From a virus, in IMG/VR virus record IMGVR_UViG_3300036715_000227, positions 2,353 through 66,352 of that record: a stretch of DNA of 64,000 nucleotides. One strand, given 5' to 3'. The notes under the pieces are model-generated. The model was not told the origin of the DNA and made no database searches. It saw only the letters and a program-made list of their open reading frames with translations. Position numbers and translations under genes: made by a program. Positions 43,367 to 54,224 of the stretch are shown one piece after another. Position 1 is the stretch's first letter. Each line of letters opens with the position of its first letter.

Positions 43367-44619
43367 TATGGTGCCGGTGGGGTGGATGTTTGAGATGGGG
43401 TTGTTACTTTATTGTATACCGTCTTGCCTGCCGCATATAGTAGACCTAGACCTGCCACTGTTTGAGGCGAGCCGGTTGCTAATAATGCAGTACCTGCAGT
43501 GAGTAATCCTGCGCTTATCTTGCTACTAGATCCATTACTAGATACATCACCTGCTGAGTTGGCGCTAGGTTGGTCAACACCGGTAATCACTGATTGTATT
43601 TTACCAGATAGGTCAGCAATACTAGGTACAGCGATACGGTTGATAGGGTTGTCACCTCGCAGTACATCCATACCAAATTGTGTTAGTTCGCTCAGTGCGG
43701 CTTTCTTTAGATCCATTGCATTTGCATTTTGCAAACCACGGAATGCCTTTAACGCTCCGCCGATAGGATCGCTAGGTATAGAATTTATAACTTCATCTAA
43801 TGTGTCTACCATACCACCAGGACCAATGATGCTGCGTGTACCATTGGCAGGTTTTAACGGCGATGGTGCAGTATCGTAATGCAGTGTCGAAAATCCTTTT
43901 ACTGTATTCTTGGTTACATTGCCTTCTGAGTATAATACAAATTCATATGCCACAGTCATATCGTGTTGCATGGGATCAGTCGAACTTGACGAATGTGTCC
44001 CGTGCTTAAAAGATGTAATGATAGGATTTACTAAAATGTATTCCGAAAAACGTTTTTGATGCAAACTGTATATTCGTATAGACTTAATAAAATGTCTAGG
44101 TTGGCCGTATGGCTTTAAGGGAGTAAACCCGTATAAGTTTTTACGATCATTGTCGTAACGGCCATCTTGTGCTAAGTATGCTGGCGCAACGGCACCGTCT
44201 TTAGCTACACCACTGTCCATGTCTCTAAAGTAATACGAATAATACTCCGCCCACAATGTGCGTATACGGTCAGCACTGTCATCGTGAAACGCAAAGTTTA
44301 CTGGATCATAGTGCACTTTATTTTGTATAATAGATGGTCTGCCGTAACTGTTAAGCGTTTTGTTGTCTATTGTGAACTTAGGCAAGTCTACACTCTTAAT
44401 AAGCATGCCTGCTTCAGACGCGCGGTCCGGGACCGAACCACCTTGCCTTAACTCATCGTCGATATCAAAAAATACATGGTATAGATACCCGAGCTTAGGA
44501 TATAAAGCATTACCGGTTACCTTCTGATCACCGTCGTGGAATAACTTCGAGGCGTGCTTGTAGTCTTTGACTTGGTCGCCTGTGCCCAACTGCGTTAAAA
44601 ATCCGTCTAGTAAACCCAA
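43366..44619 (-). CDS. tail tube-like/baseplate protein
   Basis: KSVDLP..YDPV..FHDD tube-fold pattern. Confidence 0.65.
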   Translation of the reverse strand: MGLLDGFLTQLGTGDQVKDYKHASKLFHDGDQKVTGNALYPKLGYLYHVFFDIDDELRQGGSVPDRASEAGMLIKSVDLPKFTIDNKTLNSYGRPSIIQNKVHYDPVNFAFHDDSADRIRTLWAEYYSYYFRDMDSGVAKDGAVAPAYLAQDGRYDNDRKNLYGFTPLKPYGQPRHFIKSIRIYSLHQKRFSEYILVNPIITSFKHGTHSSSSTDPMQHDMTVAYEFVLYSEGNVTKNTVKGFSTLHYDTAPSPLKPANGTRSIIGPGGMVDTLDEVINSIPSDPIGGALKAFRGLQNANAMDLKKAALSELTQFGMDVLRGDNPINRIAVPSIADLSGKIQSVITGVDQPSANSAGDVSSNGSSSKISAGLLTAGTALLATGSPQTVAGLGLLYAAGKTVYNKVTTPSQTSTPPAP

Positions 44620-44647
44620 AGTATTCTCCTATACAATATTTATGCCG

Positions 44648-44676
44648 TAAAAAAGCCGGGAACTTGCCCCGGCTTG
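44648..44676 (-). terminator. intrinsic terminator after the tail tube gene
   Basis: AAGCCGGG..CCCGGCTTTTTT. Confidence 0.75.
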
Positions 44677-44694
44677 TAAACGTTTCGTCTGGGA

Positions 44695-45312
44695 TTAGCC
44701 AGTGGTTAGGGAACCTAGTGTACGACCAACTGCTGTACCAACACCTTGTCCAATAGGAGTCTGGACTGCATTATCAAAGCGAATTGTTAATGCGATTGTA
44801 GATGCTTCTGCTGTGCCGTAAGCCATTTCGCCGTAGTCAACGCTAGATAATTGGCAACCATATAGTTCCCATGTTTCTAATACGTTAGGAGTGTAAGCAC
44901 CGTTACCGCCGTCTAGTACTTCGTAGCGTAGTAAGAACTTATAGTCAATACCAGATGCTGCACTGCTTTGTTCTGCAAAGTCGAATTGCTTCTGAATCTG
45001 TTCGCCGACTAGACGAGAAATATTGCCGCCTGCATCATCGCGCAGTGTGACACTTGTTTCTTGCCATTCTGGCTTGCCTTGTAACCATACCTTGCTGTTA
45101 TAAACGTCGATAGCAAATGGAGTAAACGACACGTTAGGACGCTTAATGTCTTGAACTTGTTTTGTTAACTCTTGTCTATCGCTGCTTACGCCGAAGTTTT
45201 CAAAAGTAGCGCGGAAGCGATACTTTAACTTAGGCATTAACAAGCCCTGTGTGCTAGAACTTTGGCTTGTTGCCAACGGAACTGTAATCTTTGTTAGTGA
45301 CGAAACTGCCAT
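44695..45312 (-). CDS. tail tube protein (gp19-like)
   Basis: GKPEWQ..LRDD..WELYGC; downstream of sheath. Confidence 0.85.
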   Translation of the reverse strand: MAVSSLTKITVPLATSQSSSTQGLLMPKLKYRFRATFENFGVSSDRQELTKQVQDIKRPNVSFTPFAIDVYNSKVWLQGKPEWQETSVTLRDDAGGNISRLVGEQIQKQFDFAEQSSAASGIDYKFLLRYEVLDGGNGAYTPNVLETWELYGCQLSSVDYGEMAYGTAEASTIALTIRFDNAVQTPIGQGVGTAVGRTLGSLTTG

Positions 45313-45389
45313 CTTAATCTCCTATATATGTATTTACTTAAATTATGGTGTTATAATGGGACCAGCAATGGTCCCATTATGTGTTCACT

Positions 45390-48300
45390 TTATAACTTAG
45401 CAATGTCTCCTGGATTGTACAAGCGAATTGGGATGTAGATAAATTCCACGTCCTTCATTGGCTCGATAGCAACGTCAACATACAACTCATTACGAGCAAT
45501 GCGTGTTGGTGTGTTGTTAGACTCGTCGCAAACAACTAGATAGTCGTATACGCCGCGTTTTGCAACTAGATCATTTACAGCACCAGAGATGATGTTCTTG
45601 ATTTGATCGCGAGTGATCTTGTCGTTTGGTTCAAACAAGAAGCCGTTACCAACAGTAGCAAGAATTGTACGGATATAGTTAACAAGACGAGCAACGTTAA
45701 CACGGTCCATGCTGCTTGCAACCGGGTTACGTGTCTTCTGACCCCAAACAACTAAACCAATACCCGGCAAGTTAGTGATAGGGTTGATCTTTGTTTCGTA
45801 CAATGTATCACGTAGACCTTGGTTTACGCCAATTGGATTGTATTCGCCAGACGCAGAGTCAATGTAACCAACGCTAGAAGCATTGTCTACTAGCCCACGA
45901 CGTGTACCAGCTGGTGCAAACCACATGTAGCTTAAGTTATCGCTGTGGATAAACGTGCGTAATGCAATGTGCGATGCTGGTTGAACAACTGTGTTGCCTT
46001 GAACGTCGTTTGTCTCTGCACAACCTGGGTAGTAAACACCAAGATATGGATCGTTGGTAGTTAAACCTGTTTCGTTGTCTGCGTTGTTAGACCAGTTAAC
46101 TAGATCAATGCCGTTAGGAGCAAGACGCATCGGGGTGTCACCAATAACGAACGCCGTATTAACGCGGTCATTGTTCAATGCAACCATGTTAGCAATAAGT
46201 TCTGGGTAACCAGGTGCAACGATCAAGTTGAACTGGAACTGTTCTTCGCGAATCTCAGTAGAACCATCAACTGCGCCCTTCATTGCAGCAACAATCATGT
46301 GACGTTGTGCTTGGTGGCCAGCATACATGGAGCCGTTATCCTTCAATCCGCTTGCTGTAACCCATGCGTCAGTGACAGCAGGTAGAACTGCGTCAGGGAA
46401 GCTTACATCATTGAAGTAGTTGTTTACAAAACGCTTCACGTTGAAGCCTGAACGGCGCATGTTGACCATAATCATACCGCGTGGGAATAAACGTGCGTCA
46501 GGAGCATCTGCATCCAAGTAATCGCTCGTAGATAAACCGCCTAAGCCAGCAATAGCAGGCATAGCACCGTTCACTACGTTAGCTGTTCCTGTTGTGTCCC
46601 AACGTGCATCGGCAAATAATACGCCGTTTTGACCGATTTGATCTGTATTGTCAATCTTTTCCCAGATGCTACCAGTGTAACGGGAGATTGCTGGCCAGTT
46701 TTCAAGATCGCTGGTGTCTAACCATAAGTCACCTGCCACTAAAGCTGTGCTGTCTGTTTGGGAAGTTGGCTTGCTTGCAGAAACAATAACACCTGTTGGG
46801 TCAGTTTCTGTTAAGTTGTAGCCACGTGCATCAGATGCTTCGTTTTGATAACCTTTCCATCCTGTCAATGTATTGATCATAACATCAATGTCAGTTGCAG
46901 AACCGTAGTACCACAATGTGCCATCAGTTGGGTTCTGTGTTGGTTCTGTCTTGCTGTATGTATACTGCATAGGTGTCCAAGCAGACAAGCTTAATGCTCC
47001 GCTAGGTGTGCCTGTTACACCGGCAACGCTTGTAGTGAAGCCTGCCGCTGCAACTGGTGCATCAGACAATAACATGACGCCACCGTATTTGTGTGTTAAA
47101 CTGATAGCACCTGTGGTTTCAACTGCCGAAACAACCTCAGGAATGCCTGCTGCAAACACTGCAGCCACAAAAGCTGCACGGCTTGTGCCGCCGATGGTCA
47201 CTGTATAGCTTGTCATTGCTGCTGTACCGATAGACGATGTTTGCAATGTAAATGTGCTACCTGCAGTGAATGGGTTTGCGCTTACTACATTAGCCACAAC
47301 CTTAGTTGCACCTGCTGTTGCCTTAACATAAGGCTTGTACGTCACTGTACCGTTAGCGTCAACATCATATGTTACAATAGATGCGCCTGCTGCAATACCA
47401 AATCCGCCACCAGCTGGATCTAAACCATATGTTGCTGTTGCTAAAGTGGAATACAACGGTGCCGCTTGTGCTGCCCATACGTTAGTGGAAGAATTATACT
47501 TCTTAATAACTATGTTTGCACCAGAACCTGTAGTAGTTGTCTTAACGAACACGCTACCGCTTGGGCGAGGCTGAGCATCTGTGCTTCTCCAGCTAGGAAT
47601 TTGAACGTAAGTGCCGTACTGTGCAATAGGACGGTAGTACGTACCTGCCGCAACACCCAATGCACGAATGTCTTGTGTGCCACCTGCAATGACTACAGCA
47701 CCGTTAAGAGCTGTAGTAGAGGCATAAATTTCTAAATGACCATCGACTGCGGCTGCTGATACACCTGCAATGCCTGCAGAAGTAATGTCAGATGCGGCCG
47801 TGTCCACTGTTGTTCCTGTCATTGTAACTGTTTGACCATTGACTGTGATGTCGCTTGCAATATTAATAGGATACAGAGAATTGTTTGGAACCGCACCCTT
47901 AACTGTCGGATGCGAGCTAGCCCATTGTGCGTCACCGACTACCGTCCAAATATTGGCTGCATTCTTGTAGTAAACCGTCCAGGAGCTACCATTGTATGCA
48001 CCGCCAGCAGCTGGTCTCAATGTAACTGCGTAGCTACCAATAGAACCAACGCTATCAACTGGATAGTTTGTACCCGCAACTAGTTCGGCAGAATCAGTAA
48101 TAACAGTTGGTTGAACTTTTGTGAATACTGCTGTTGTTGCATTCCATTCGTAAACACCAAAATCTGTTGTAGCTAAGTCTAACCAGTTAGTGCCGTTAGC
48201 AACTGTGCCTGTCGGGCGAACAGATGTTGCATCTAATTGCGCAATATCAATGTCAGCACGTAATACAAATGCCTTGTTAGCTAAACCTAATGTAGAGTAA

Positions 48301-48587
48301 GCTGTTAACAGTCCGTATTCGTTACGCTCGTCGCCGTGCAACGGTGTGCCAGTCGAAGATTGCTTGAATACAGGGTAACCTAAGTTGCTAACTAAGTCAC
48401 GTTGACCAGTAAACATTTGAAGTTTACCTGCGTTAGCCTTAATAGTACCGTTCGCTACTGCGCCGGATGGGTTTGTTTTATCTTGAGTAGTTGCTAAGAT
48501 GATAAGTGGAACCGAACCAACTGCGCCTGGTACATACTGGCTTTCGTCAGTGATTGTAATTTGTTGACCTGGGGAAACTAATGCCAT
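45390..48587 (-). CDS. tail sheath protein (gp18-like)
   Basis: LVSPG..DES; WFAPAGTRRG, WGQKT, DRVNVARL, CDESNNT. Confidence 0.95.
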   Translation of the reverse strand: MALVSPGQQITITDESQYVPGAVGSVPLIILATTQDKTNPSGAVANGTIKANAGKLQMFTGQRDLVSNLGYPVFKQSSTGTPLHGDERNEYGLLTAYSTLGLANKAFVLRADIDIAQLDATSVRPTGTVANGTNWLDLATTDFGVYEWNATTAVFTKVQPTVITDSAELVAGTNYPVDSVGSIGSYAVTLRPAAGGAYNGSSWTVYYKNAANIWTVVGDAQWASSHPTVKGAVPNNSLYPINIASDITVNGQTVTMTGTTVDTAASDITSAGIAGVSAAAVDGHLEIYASTTALNGAVVIAGGTQDIRALGVAAGTYYRPIAQYGTYVQIPSWRSTDAQPRPSGSVFVKTTTTGSGANIVIKKYNSSTNVWAAQAAPLYSTLATATYGLDPAGGGFGIAAGASIVTYDVDANGTVTYKPYVKATAGATKVVANVVSANPFTAGSTFTLQTSSIGTAAMTSYTVTIGGTSRAAFVAAVFAAGIPEVVSAVETTGAISLTHKYGGVMLLSDAPVAAAGFTTSVAGVTGTPSGALSLSAWTPMQYTYSKTEPTQNPTDGTLWYYGSATDIDVMINTLTGWKGYQNEASDARGYNLTETDPTGVIVSASKPTSQTDSTALVAGDLWLDTSDLENWPAISRYTGSIWEKIDNTDQIGQNGVLFADARWDTTGTANVVNGAMPAIAGLGGLSTSDYLDADAPDARLFPRGMIMVNMRRSGFNVKRFVNNYFNDVSFPDAVLPAVTDAWVTASGLKDNGSMYAGHQAQRHMIVAAMKGAVDGSTEIREEQFQFNLIVAPGYPELIANMVALNNDRVNTAFVIGDTPMRLAPNGIDLVNWSNNADNETGLTTNDPYLGVYYPGCAETNDVQGNTVVQPASHIALRTFIHSDNLSYMWFAPAGTRRGLVDNASSVGYIDSASGEYNPIGVNQGLRDTLYETKINPITNLPGIGLVVWGQKTRNPVASSMDRVNVARLVNYIRTILATVGNGFLFEPNDKITRDQIKNIISGAVNDLVAKRGVYDYLVVCDESNNTPTRIARNELYVDVAIEPMKDVEFIYIPIRLYNPGDIAKL

Positions 48588-48724
48588 GGTGTTTATCCTT
48601 TAAAGTACATTATCAATATTTATGTATTAACTCTTTACAGCACGGTGATGAGCAAGTATCAATAGTAGAATACTACCGATATTTTTAAAATTTAAAATTT
48701 TAAAGGTTTGACATAAATACTTAT

Positions 48725-49669
48725 ATGGATAACACAAAAAATACAATAATATATTGGATTAGGCTTCGTAGTCACACTGATTATACATCACAAGGATATA
48801 TAGGAGTGACAAAAAGAGGCACAAAAAGACTTTCAGACCATTTCACTGCGTTAGCTGCCGGGACACATAAAAACCCACATCTTACATCCGCTTTTAAAAA
48901 ATACGGGCTAGAGGCATTTGTGTCAGACACTTTATTCATAGGAGAAGAAAAATATTGTTACGAAATAGAGGCTCAATGGCGGGCATCACATAACGTAGGA
49001 TGGAACATTGCACCGGGCGGGCACCGAGGGCCCGGTTGGCCTAAAGGAAAATCCCACAGTGCAAAAACTTTAAGAAAAATAGCAGAAACTAAAGCTGCAA
49101 ATGCAGAATTTCGTAAAGAAGCTAGTTTGCAAAGAGAACACGCAAGAATAGAATCTAAAAAAATAGCAAAAGAAGCAAAGCTGGCCGAAAAGCAGAAAGA
49201 ACTAGAACAAGTTAAACTTGAAAAAATAAAAACAAAAGAAGCAAAGCTGGCTGAAAAGCAGAAAGAACTAGAACGAATTAAACTTGAAAAAATAAAAACA
49301 AAAGAAGAAAACAACTTTCGACGTTTGTGCCCTATATGCCACAAAACACCAGTCGCAATAAACTATATTAAAGGGACGAAAACATACTATCGCAAATGCT
49401 GTGATCAGTGTTCTTCGAAAAATGCTGGTACGCGGATTAAACCGCTTGCATGGGTTAAAGCAGGGTACAAAAAGAAACCGCATTGCGAGCATTGTGGTTT
49501 CATGGCAAGCAATATTAATATCCAATTAAATGTATTTCACCTTGACGGAAATCTTAAAAATACAGCATGGAGCAATTTAAAAACAATCTGCTTAAATTGC
49601 ACTCCGTTGATTTACAAGAGTAAGCTGCCCTGGAAGCCTAGTCAACCAGAAGCTCAGTTTTCTGTTTAA
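48725..49669 (+). CDS. GIY-YIG plus Zn/HNH fusion nuclease
   Basis: IIYW..GYIGVT; CPIC, CEHCGF, HLDGN..NL..CLNC. Confidence 0.75.
   Translation: MDNTKNTIIYWIRLRSHTDYTSQGYIGVTKRGTKRLSDHFTALAAGTHKNPHLTSAFKKYGLEAFVSDTLFIGEEKYCYEIEAQWRASHNVGWNIAPGGHRGPGWPKGKSHSAKTLRKIAETKAANAEFRKEASLQREHARIESKKIAKEAKLAEKQKELEQVKLEKIKTKEAKLAEKQKELERIKLEKIKTKEENNFRRLCPICHKTPVAINYIKGTKTYYRKCCDQCSSKNAGTRIKPLAWVKAGYKKKPHCEHCGFMASNINIQLNVFHLDGNLKNTAWSNLKTICLNCTPLIYKSKLPWKPSQPEAQFSV
49169..49306 (+). repeat. 66-bp tandem repeat (KEAKLAEKQKELE.. x2)
   Basis: Direct repeat visible in DNA and protein. Confidence 0.8.
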
Positions 49670-50279
49670 GCTCTTCCAGCGAGCCATTGTTTTCCAGTTC
49701 AAAATCAAACTTGGTGCCTACCCAACTTGTCTCTGAGAGATGTATTCCTAGCAATTCTAGTTGAGATGCTGCTTCTTTGTCTCCTCTGTTGGCCCAGCAA
49801 GCTGTAGTGTACCAATCAGGAAGCATACCACGCTTAACCCATCCCACTCTAGCACCGGCATTGCGCATAGATTCGATCTCGTTAGGGAAGCGGCAGTCAC
49901 TTATCACAATGTTGTCTTTAGTATTGCGCAGTTGATTCTCTACAGATGCCACCCAAATGTCAGTATGAAACCTTTTCCTGCACACCTCGGTTCCCCATAG
50001 CTGCAACATGATGCGTGGTGTTAAATCAGGCATACCCAATCGTTCTGCCCACCATGGGTCAACTGTTTCTCGCCACGCTCTACCCTCTTTGGTTTTGCCT
50101 TCGAGCAGCTCACGGTCCCAGCCAAACACTGCCGCCACTGCATCTTTAAGCGTACCAGCAAAGCTCATACGCTTATATCCGAAATCGTTGACCAAAAAGT
50201 CTGCTACTGTGTCTTTGCCAGAACCAATCAAGCCTACTAGAGCAACAACTTTATTTTGCGTGTTTACATTTATCCCCAT
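49638..50279 (-). CDS. deoxynucleoside monophosphate kinase (gp1-like)
   Basis: GLIGSGKDT, SFA..LK, TPR..LQ..GTE, SDCRFPNE. Confidence 0.92.
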   Translation of the reverse strand: MGINVNTQNKVVALVGLIGSGKDTVADFLVNDFGYKRMSFAGTLKDAVAAVFGWDRELLEGKTKEGRAWRETVDPWWAERLGMPDLTPRIMLQLWGTEVCRKRFHTDIWVASVENQLRNTKDNIVISDCRFPNEIESMRNAGARVGWVKRGMLPDWYTTACWANRGDKEAASQLELLGIHLSETSWVGTKFDFELENNGSLEELKQKTELLVD

Positions 50280-50530
50280 GCCATCTCCTAAAATTCATTG
50301 AATCAACTAACTTACTACAATGATAACACACTAGCTTAGGAGCCGCAAGTTTTTCGGCACGTTTTCTTTCTCGTTGCGCCGATGAATGTTTCTTACCAAA
50401 AACCCATTGGCTTCGCCTACTAAGCCTGGGCGCCGTTAATTTAACTATATTTTCTAGCTTATTATTGCCGCCAAAACTTTTCGGCACTATGTGATGCTTT
50501 TCGCTATATCCAATTACTACGGATAAGATA
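50251..50530 (-). pseudogene. HNH endonuclease remnant
   Basis: EKHHIVPKSFGGNN..ENIVKLT ... CYHC..RWHGDKCK. Confidence 0.6.
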
Positions 50531-50560
50531 CTTATACTAACCGCTGAGTTGAGTTACAGT

Positions 50561-51460
50561 TTAACCAGTTATCCAAGTCATCGGAGTTGACCCGTCCATA
50601 AAGCGTTTGATTTCTTCTTCGAGCTGTTCGATTTCTTCCTTAGCCTCTGCAATCAATGCCACCCCATTGAGCTGAACACCTCCATTGGGCCCGGCAATCG
50701 TTGAATATTTCGAACGTGCTTCTCCCAATAGTCTCTTAGCAAACGCATAAGCATACTCTTGCAGCCACGGGTAAACTTGGTAATCATTCAGTAGCATCCA
50801 ATCTGGTTTGTAGTTATAGCACCATAGCAAAACTGTCTCGGCATAGTCAATAGTGCTTTGGCCAGTGCCTTGGAACGGCATTTTACGCTCGATGATGAGC
50901 TTTTTGGAACTCTTGTTGTAAGTGAAGTTCATGAAACCGCCGAACATCTTCATAGCAAGCTTTTGATATTGTGCAAATAGTTCGTAGTTTACAAGTCCCC
51001 CAACACGACCAGCAACCAGCATGTATGTATTCAAGTAACCTGACGCAAACGGTTCAAACTGAGAGGATGTTGTACCAGTAACGCTACCGATACCACGACG
51101 ATAGATTTGGCGCACTTCCATAATCTCTTTAGGAAGGATGTATTCTTGCGTTTCAGGAAGAAGCTTCATTGATACATAGCTTTCCTCTACTGCATTGGAA
51201 CTGCGTTGACGATACTTGATGATAGCTTGCTTTATCGCCATCTCATAGTGCTCGTTCTCGAGTTCAACATCGACAATGCCGTCTGCTAAACGCATACGGA
51301 TGTAATCCGCTATCTCTGCTCGTTTCGCATCGTGCGATTCATACTTTGGATCAAACTCATCGTTGGCAATATGCCCGGCACCAGTGCCTGTATTCATATC
51401 ATACAGACTGTCTGTTGTTATATTATTGTTCGAGTCAAATAGTGGGTCTTTAGTAGCCAT
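50561..51460 (-). CDS. neck protein (gp13-like)
   Basis: VDVEL..WLQEYAYA..LGEARSKY..GGVQLNG. Confidence 0.85.
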   Translation of the reverse strand: MATKDPLFDSNNNITTDSLYDMNTGTGAGHIANDEFDPKYESHDAKRAEIADYIRMRLADGIVDVELENEHYEMAIKQAIIKYRQRSSNAVEESYVSMKLLPETQEYILPKEIMEVRQIYRRGIGSVTGTTSSQFEPFASGYLNTYMLVAGRVGGLVNYELFAQYQKLAMKMFGGFMNFTYNKSSKKLIIERKMPFQGTGQSTIDYAETVLLWCYNYKPDWMLLNDYQVYPWLQEYAYAFAKRLLGEARSKYSTIAGPNGGVQLNGVALIAEAKEEIEQLEEEIKRFMDGSTPMTWITG

Positions 51461-51520
51461 GAAAAAGTCCTAGTTAGTGTATTTAGCACTTTCTAGGACT
51501 AAAGAGTTAAAGGAGTATCG

Positions 51521-52699
51521 TTATTGTACTTTGAGCAGTATAATGTCTGCGCTCAAGCGCCCGTTAAGCAGGACCTCTGTTGCACGAATGTCCTTGATGA
51601 AGGTTCGAAGAGCAACCTTACCTGCTTTCGCAAACTCCTTAAGTTGATCAGCTGGCTTGCGCAGTGTCTTTGCCACACTCTTTGCTTCGTCATAGCCAGT
51701 AATACTTGTGCCTTTAACGCCAAGCGGTCCAGTCAAGCTGTCTGCAAGATAGCAACCCAACTTGCGAGTCTTTGTGTTGTAGACCCAAAGCTCCTTTGCA
51801 CCCGGAATAAGCGAGGGCGGGATAGATACAAGCTTCAGTGCCTTATCTTCCTTCATGTACTTCACTTTAGCCACTTGCTTCTCTTTGGAAACAACCTTGG
51901 GCTTACGTGCAGCCTTGGTAGCCTTCTTCACGCCGCGGTATTGTTCGACTGCATCCAGGATTTCTTGGATAAAGCCCAGCATACGCTTGAAGTCTGCAGA
52001 CTTCATGTGTGAATAGCCTTCAGTCAACTGCTTGTCTGTCTTAGCTTGCGCTTCCACTAGTTCTTCTTTGCGCTTGATATACAGTGCTTCGTACTTTCCG
52101 AGCTGCGATTGCGGGACGTTGTTCTTTGTCAGGAACTCGTAAATCTTAGTAGTTACCTTGTTCTTAAGGGACACTTCGTCATACAGTCCTTCCAGTTCAC
52201 CGATAACCTCAGCCGTCTTCTCATTGAGACGGTCTTGTATTGTGGGAACGCAGGGCTTAGGCGCTTTTGTATCTGCTACTACTGCGACCACTTCGGGTTC
52301 CAATGAGTCGATTGCTTTTTGGATGCAGTCCATCATAAACTCAACATGACGGCCACGGAAGGGCATACCCTCGCGGTGCGCCATTACAAGGCTACATACG
52401 GTCATGGGAATTGCGCGGTCAGGGGTGCGCAAAAATGCTTTGGCGTCTGCCTTTGTGAAGTTGCCCGACGATGTCATCCATTCCATGACATACTTCTTGC
52501 AATCTTTTTGATTGTAGTAATAATTGTAGTAGTAAAAACTTTGGCGCAGTTGGTGATCGAACACTTCGTCGTCCCAATCCTTTGCGCTTTCATCCCACGT
52601 CGGCTCTCCGCCGGTATACTTTTCGTCAGCAAAGATTGGGTTGCGTACTTTGAACGCCCTAACCTTGATCTTAATGCCTGCGCTCATGCGTGTTGCCAT
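51521..52699 (-). CDS. conserved-looking jumbo phage hypothetical protein
   Basis: 392 aa; LWVYNTKTRKL..KTLRKP..NGR. Confidence 0.7.
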   Translation of the reverse strand: MATRMSAGIKIKVRAFKVRNPIFADEKYTGGEPTWDESAKDWDDEVFDHQLRQSFYYYNYYYNQKDCKKYVMEWMTSSGNFTKADAKAFLRTPDRAIPMTVCSLVMAHREGMPFRGRHVEFMMDCIQKAIDSLEPEVVAVVADTKAPKPCVPTIQDRLNEKTAEVIGELEGLYDEVSLKNKVTTKIYEFLTKNNVPQSQLGKYEALYIKRKEELVEAQAKTDKQLTEGYSHMKSADFKRMLGFIQEILDAVEQYRGVKKATKAARKPKVVSKEKQVAKVKYMKEDKALKLVSIPPSLIPGAKELWVYNTKTRKLGCYLADSLTGPLGVKGTSITGYDEAKSVAKTLRKPADQLKEFAKAGKVALRTFIKDIRATEVLLNGRLSADIILLKVQ

Positions 52700-52702
52700 A
52701 AT

Positions 52703-52888
52703 TTATTCCTTGAGTTTAGTAGTTTCTACTACGATGCGTTGGGCGCAGCGGCCCAGGCCTTCGACAGTATTACTGCCCCATGACGTATTATAACGTCCTT
52801 CTTTGTTCTTTGTCAAGCTCAACATTTCGATTATCTGTTCGCCCACTTTGCGGGCTTGCTGTTCAGACAGCATTTCATACACTTGCAT
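52703..52888 (-). CDS. hypothetical protein
   Basis: Small coupled ORF. Confidence 0.55.
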   Translation of the reverse strand: MQVYEMLSEQQARKVGEQIIEMLSLTKNKEGRYNTSWGSNTVEGLGRCAQRIVVETTKLKE

Positions 52889-53106
52889 TATTTGGTCACT
52901 CCGAGTAGGCGGCTTTGCAGACCTTTTGCTGCATTCTTTGCATTCGTGTAAGCATAGTCGTCAGACATGCTGTTATAGCGGTAGACTGCATAAACCCACA
53001 CTCCGTCGTCACCAAGTTGGTCAACAAACACATCGTAGGCATTGTCCATTGGATTGCCATCGTAGCGCACACGGACATTGGAGCCGTAATTTTCAATTCG
53101 TGCCAT
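52888..53106 (-). CDS. hypothetical protein
   Basis: Small coupled ORF. Confidence 0.55.
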   Translation of the reverse strand: MARIENYGSNVRVRYDGNPMDNAYDVFVDQLGDDGVWVYAVYRYNSMSDDYAYTNAKNAAKGLQSRLLGVTK

Positions 53107-53107
53107 G

Positions 53108-53320
53108 TTAGCCTTCCACTTTCAGCCACTTACCGTTTTCTTGCTTGGCGTACTTCTGCCCGAAGCCAGGTCCCAGCTTGCCAGTGCCGTAACGTCTAAA
53201 GGATTGTTCCGACATGTTAGCCCAAGGGCCCATGCGTGTCATACCATCAATCATCACGCCTTCGTACGGGACGTCAAAATCGTCTTTCTCACTAAGGGAG
53301 CCTAACCAATACTTTGCCAT
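53108..53320 (-). CDS. hypothetical protein
   Basis: GGAG RBS. Confidence 0.6.
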   Translation of the reverse strand: MAKYWLGSLSEKDDFDVPYEGVMIDGMTRMGPWANMSEQSFRRYGTGKLGPGFGQKYAKQENGKWLKVEG

Positions 53321-53571
53321 TACAGTTCTCCAAAAATCAAAAATTCTGCGAGGTCACTGTCAAACAGTGTCCAAGGGGTGATGCAGGTAATGTCCACAAA
53401 GTGAATGTATTCGTTGCTGAAGGTAATCATTTGATTTCCCAGAAAAGTTTAGGATTAAATTGCTTGCGCTTTGTCCAGTATGGGATAGAGTAAGCGAGAT
53501 TGGATTCAACTACGATGGGCGTCAACTGGCCCATCAAGTTGCGAGTTTTGGAAGCGTAAACGTACATCATT

Positions 53572-53868
53572 TTACATAGACCAGTATGTTTCCGAACTGA
53601 CATCCAGGCAACGCGGGGTGTTCACACTTTGCACAGCGTCAGTACCTGTCATTAGGTTTTGCACGACCTCAGTCTTTTCGATCTTTGCGAAGTCAACATC
53701 TTCCATAACGCAATGGTCGTTCAGCACTAGCTTGCCAGCCTTTGCGAGGCGAGTAGCGCAAGCCTTTGCAGCGCCCTCAGAAGCAAACTTAGCGTCCTGC
53801 CAGTAACCGCTGCGCATGATACGGACAATCTTTGTGGACTCTACGTGGAACAGTACAAACATTTTCAA
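53572..53868 (-). CDS. hypothetical protein
   Basis: Ends NTP..SETYWSM; early promoter TTGACC-N17-TATAAT. Confidence 0.65.
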   Translation of the reverse strand: MKMFVLFHVESTKIVRIMRSGYWQDAKFASEGAAKACATRLAKAGKLVLNDHCVMEDVDFAKIEKTEVVQNLMTGTDAVQSVNTPRCLDVSSETYWSM

Positions 53869-53924
53869 CTCCGTTAACTACTTACTAAGCCACTATTATA
53901 CAATAAAACCATTTAATGGTCAAA

Positions 53925-54164
53925 TCAATTTGCTTCGTTGCCAACTGCTGCAAAGTTTTCCCAAGCAACAAAGTAGCCGTCGTACTCTACGTTATACTCG
54001 AGCTTGTCGCCACTGTCACCTGTGCCTTCGGGGACAAGGGTAACTTTCTTGATATGGGGTTTAACTTGATCCCGCATTGTGAGGATGTGCACCCAGCTTT
54101 CGCTAAGTTTAGCAGTGAACATAACACGAGTGTATTGATCAAGCACCTTAACTTCAATGTCCAT
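53925..54164 (-). CDS. hypothetical protein
   Basis: GGAG RBS; promoter TTGCAC-N17-TATAAT. Confidence 0.6.
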   Translation of the reverse strand: MDIEVKVLDQYTRVMFTAKLSESWVHILTMRDQVKPHIKKVTLVPEGTGDSGDKLEYNVEYDGYFVAWENFAAVGNEAN

Positions 54165-54224
54165 CTCTAACTCCGCTTTATTAACTTAAGCTTTATTATA
54201 CAATAAGATGAATTTTGGTGCAAA

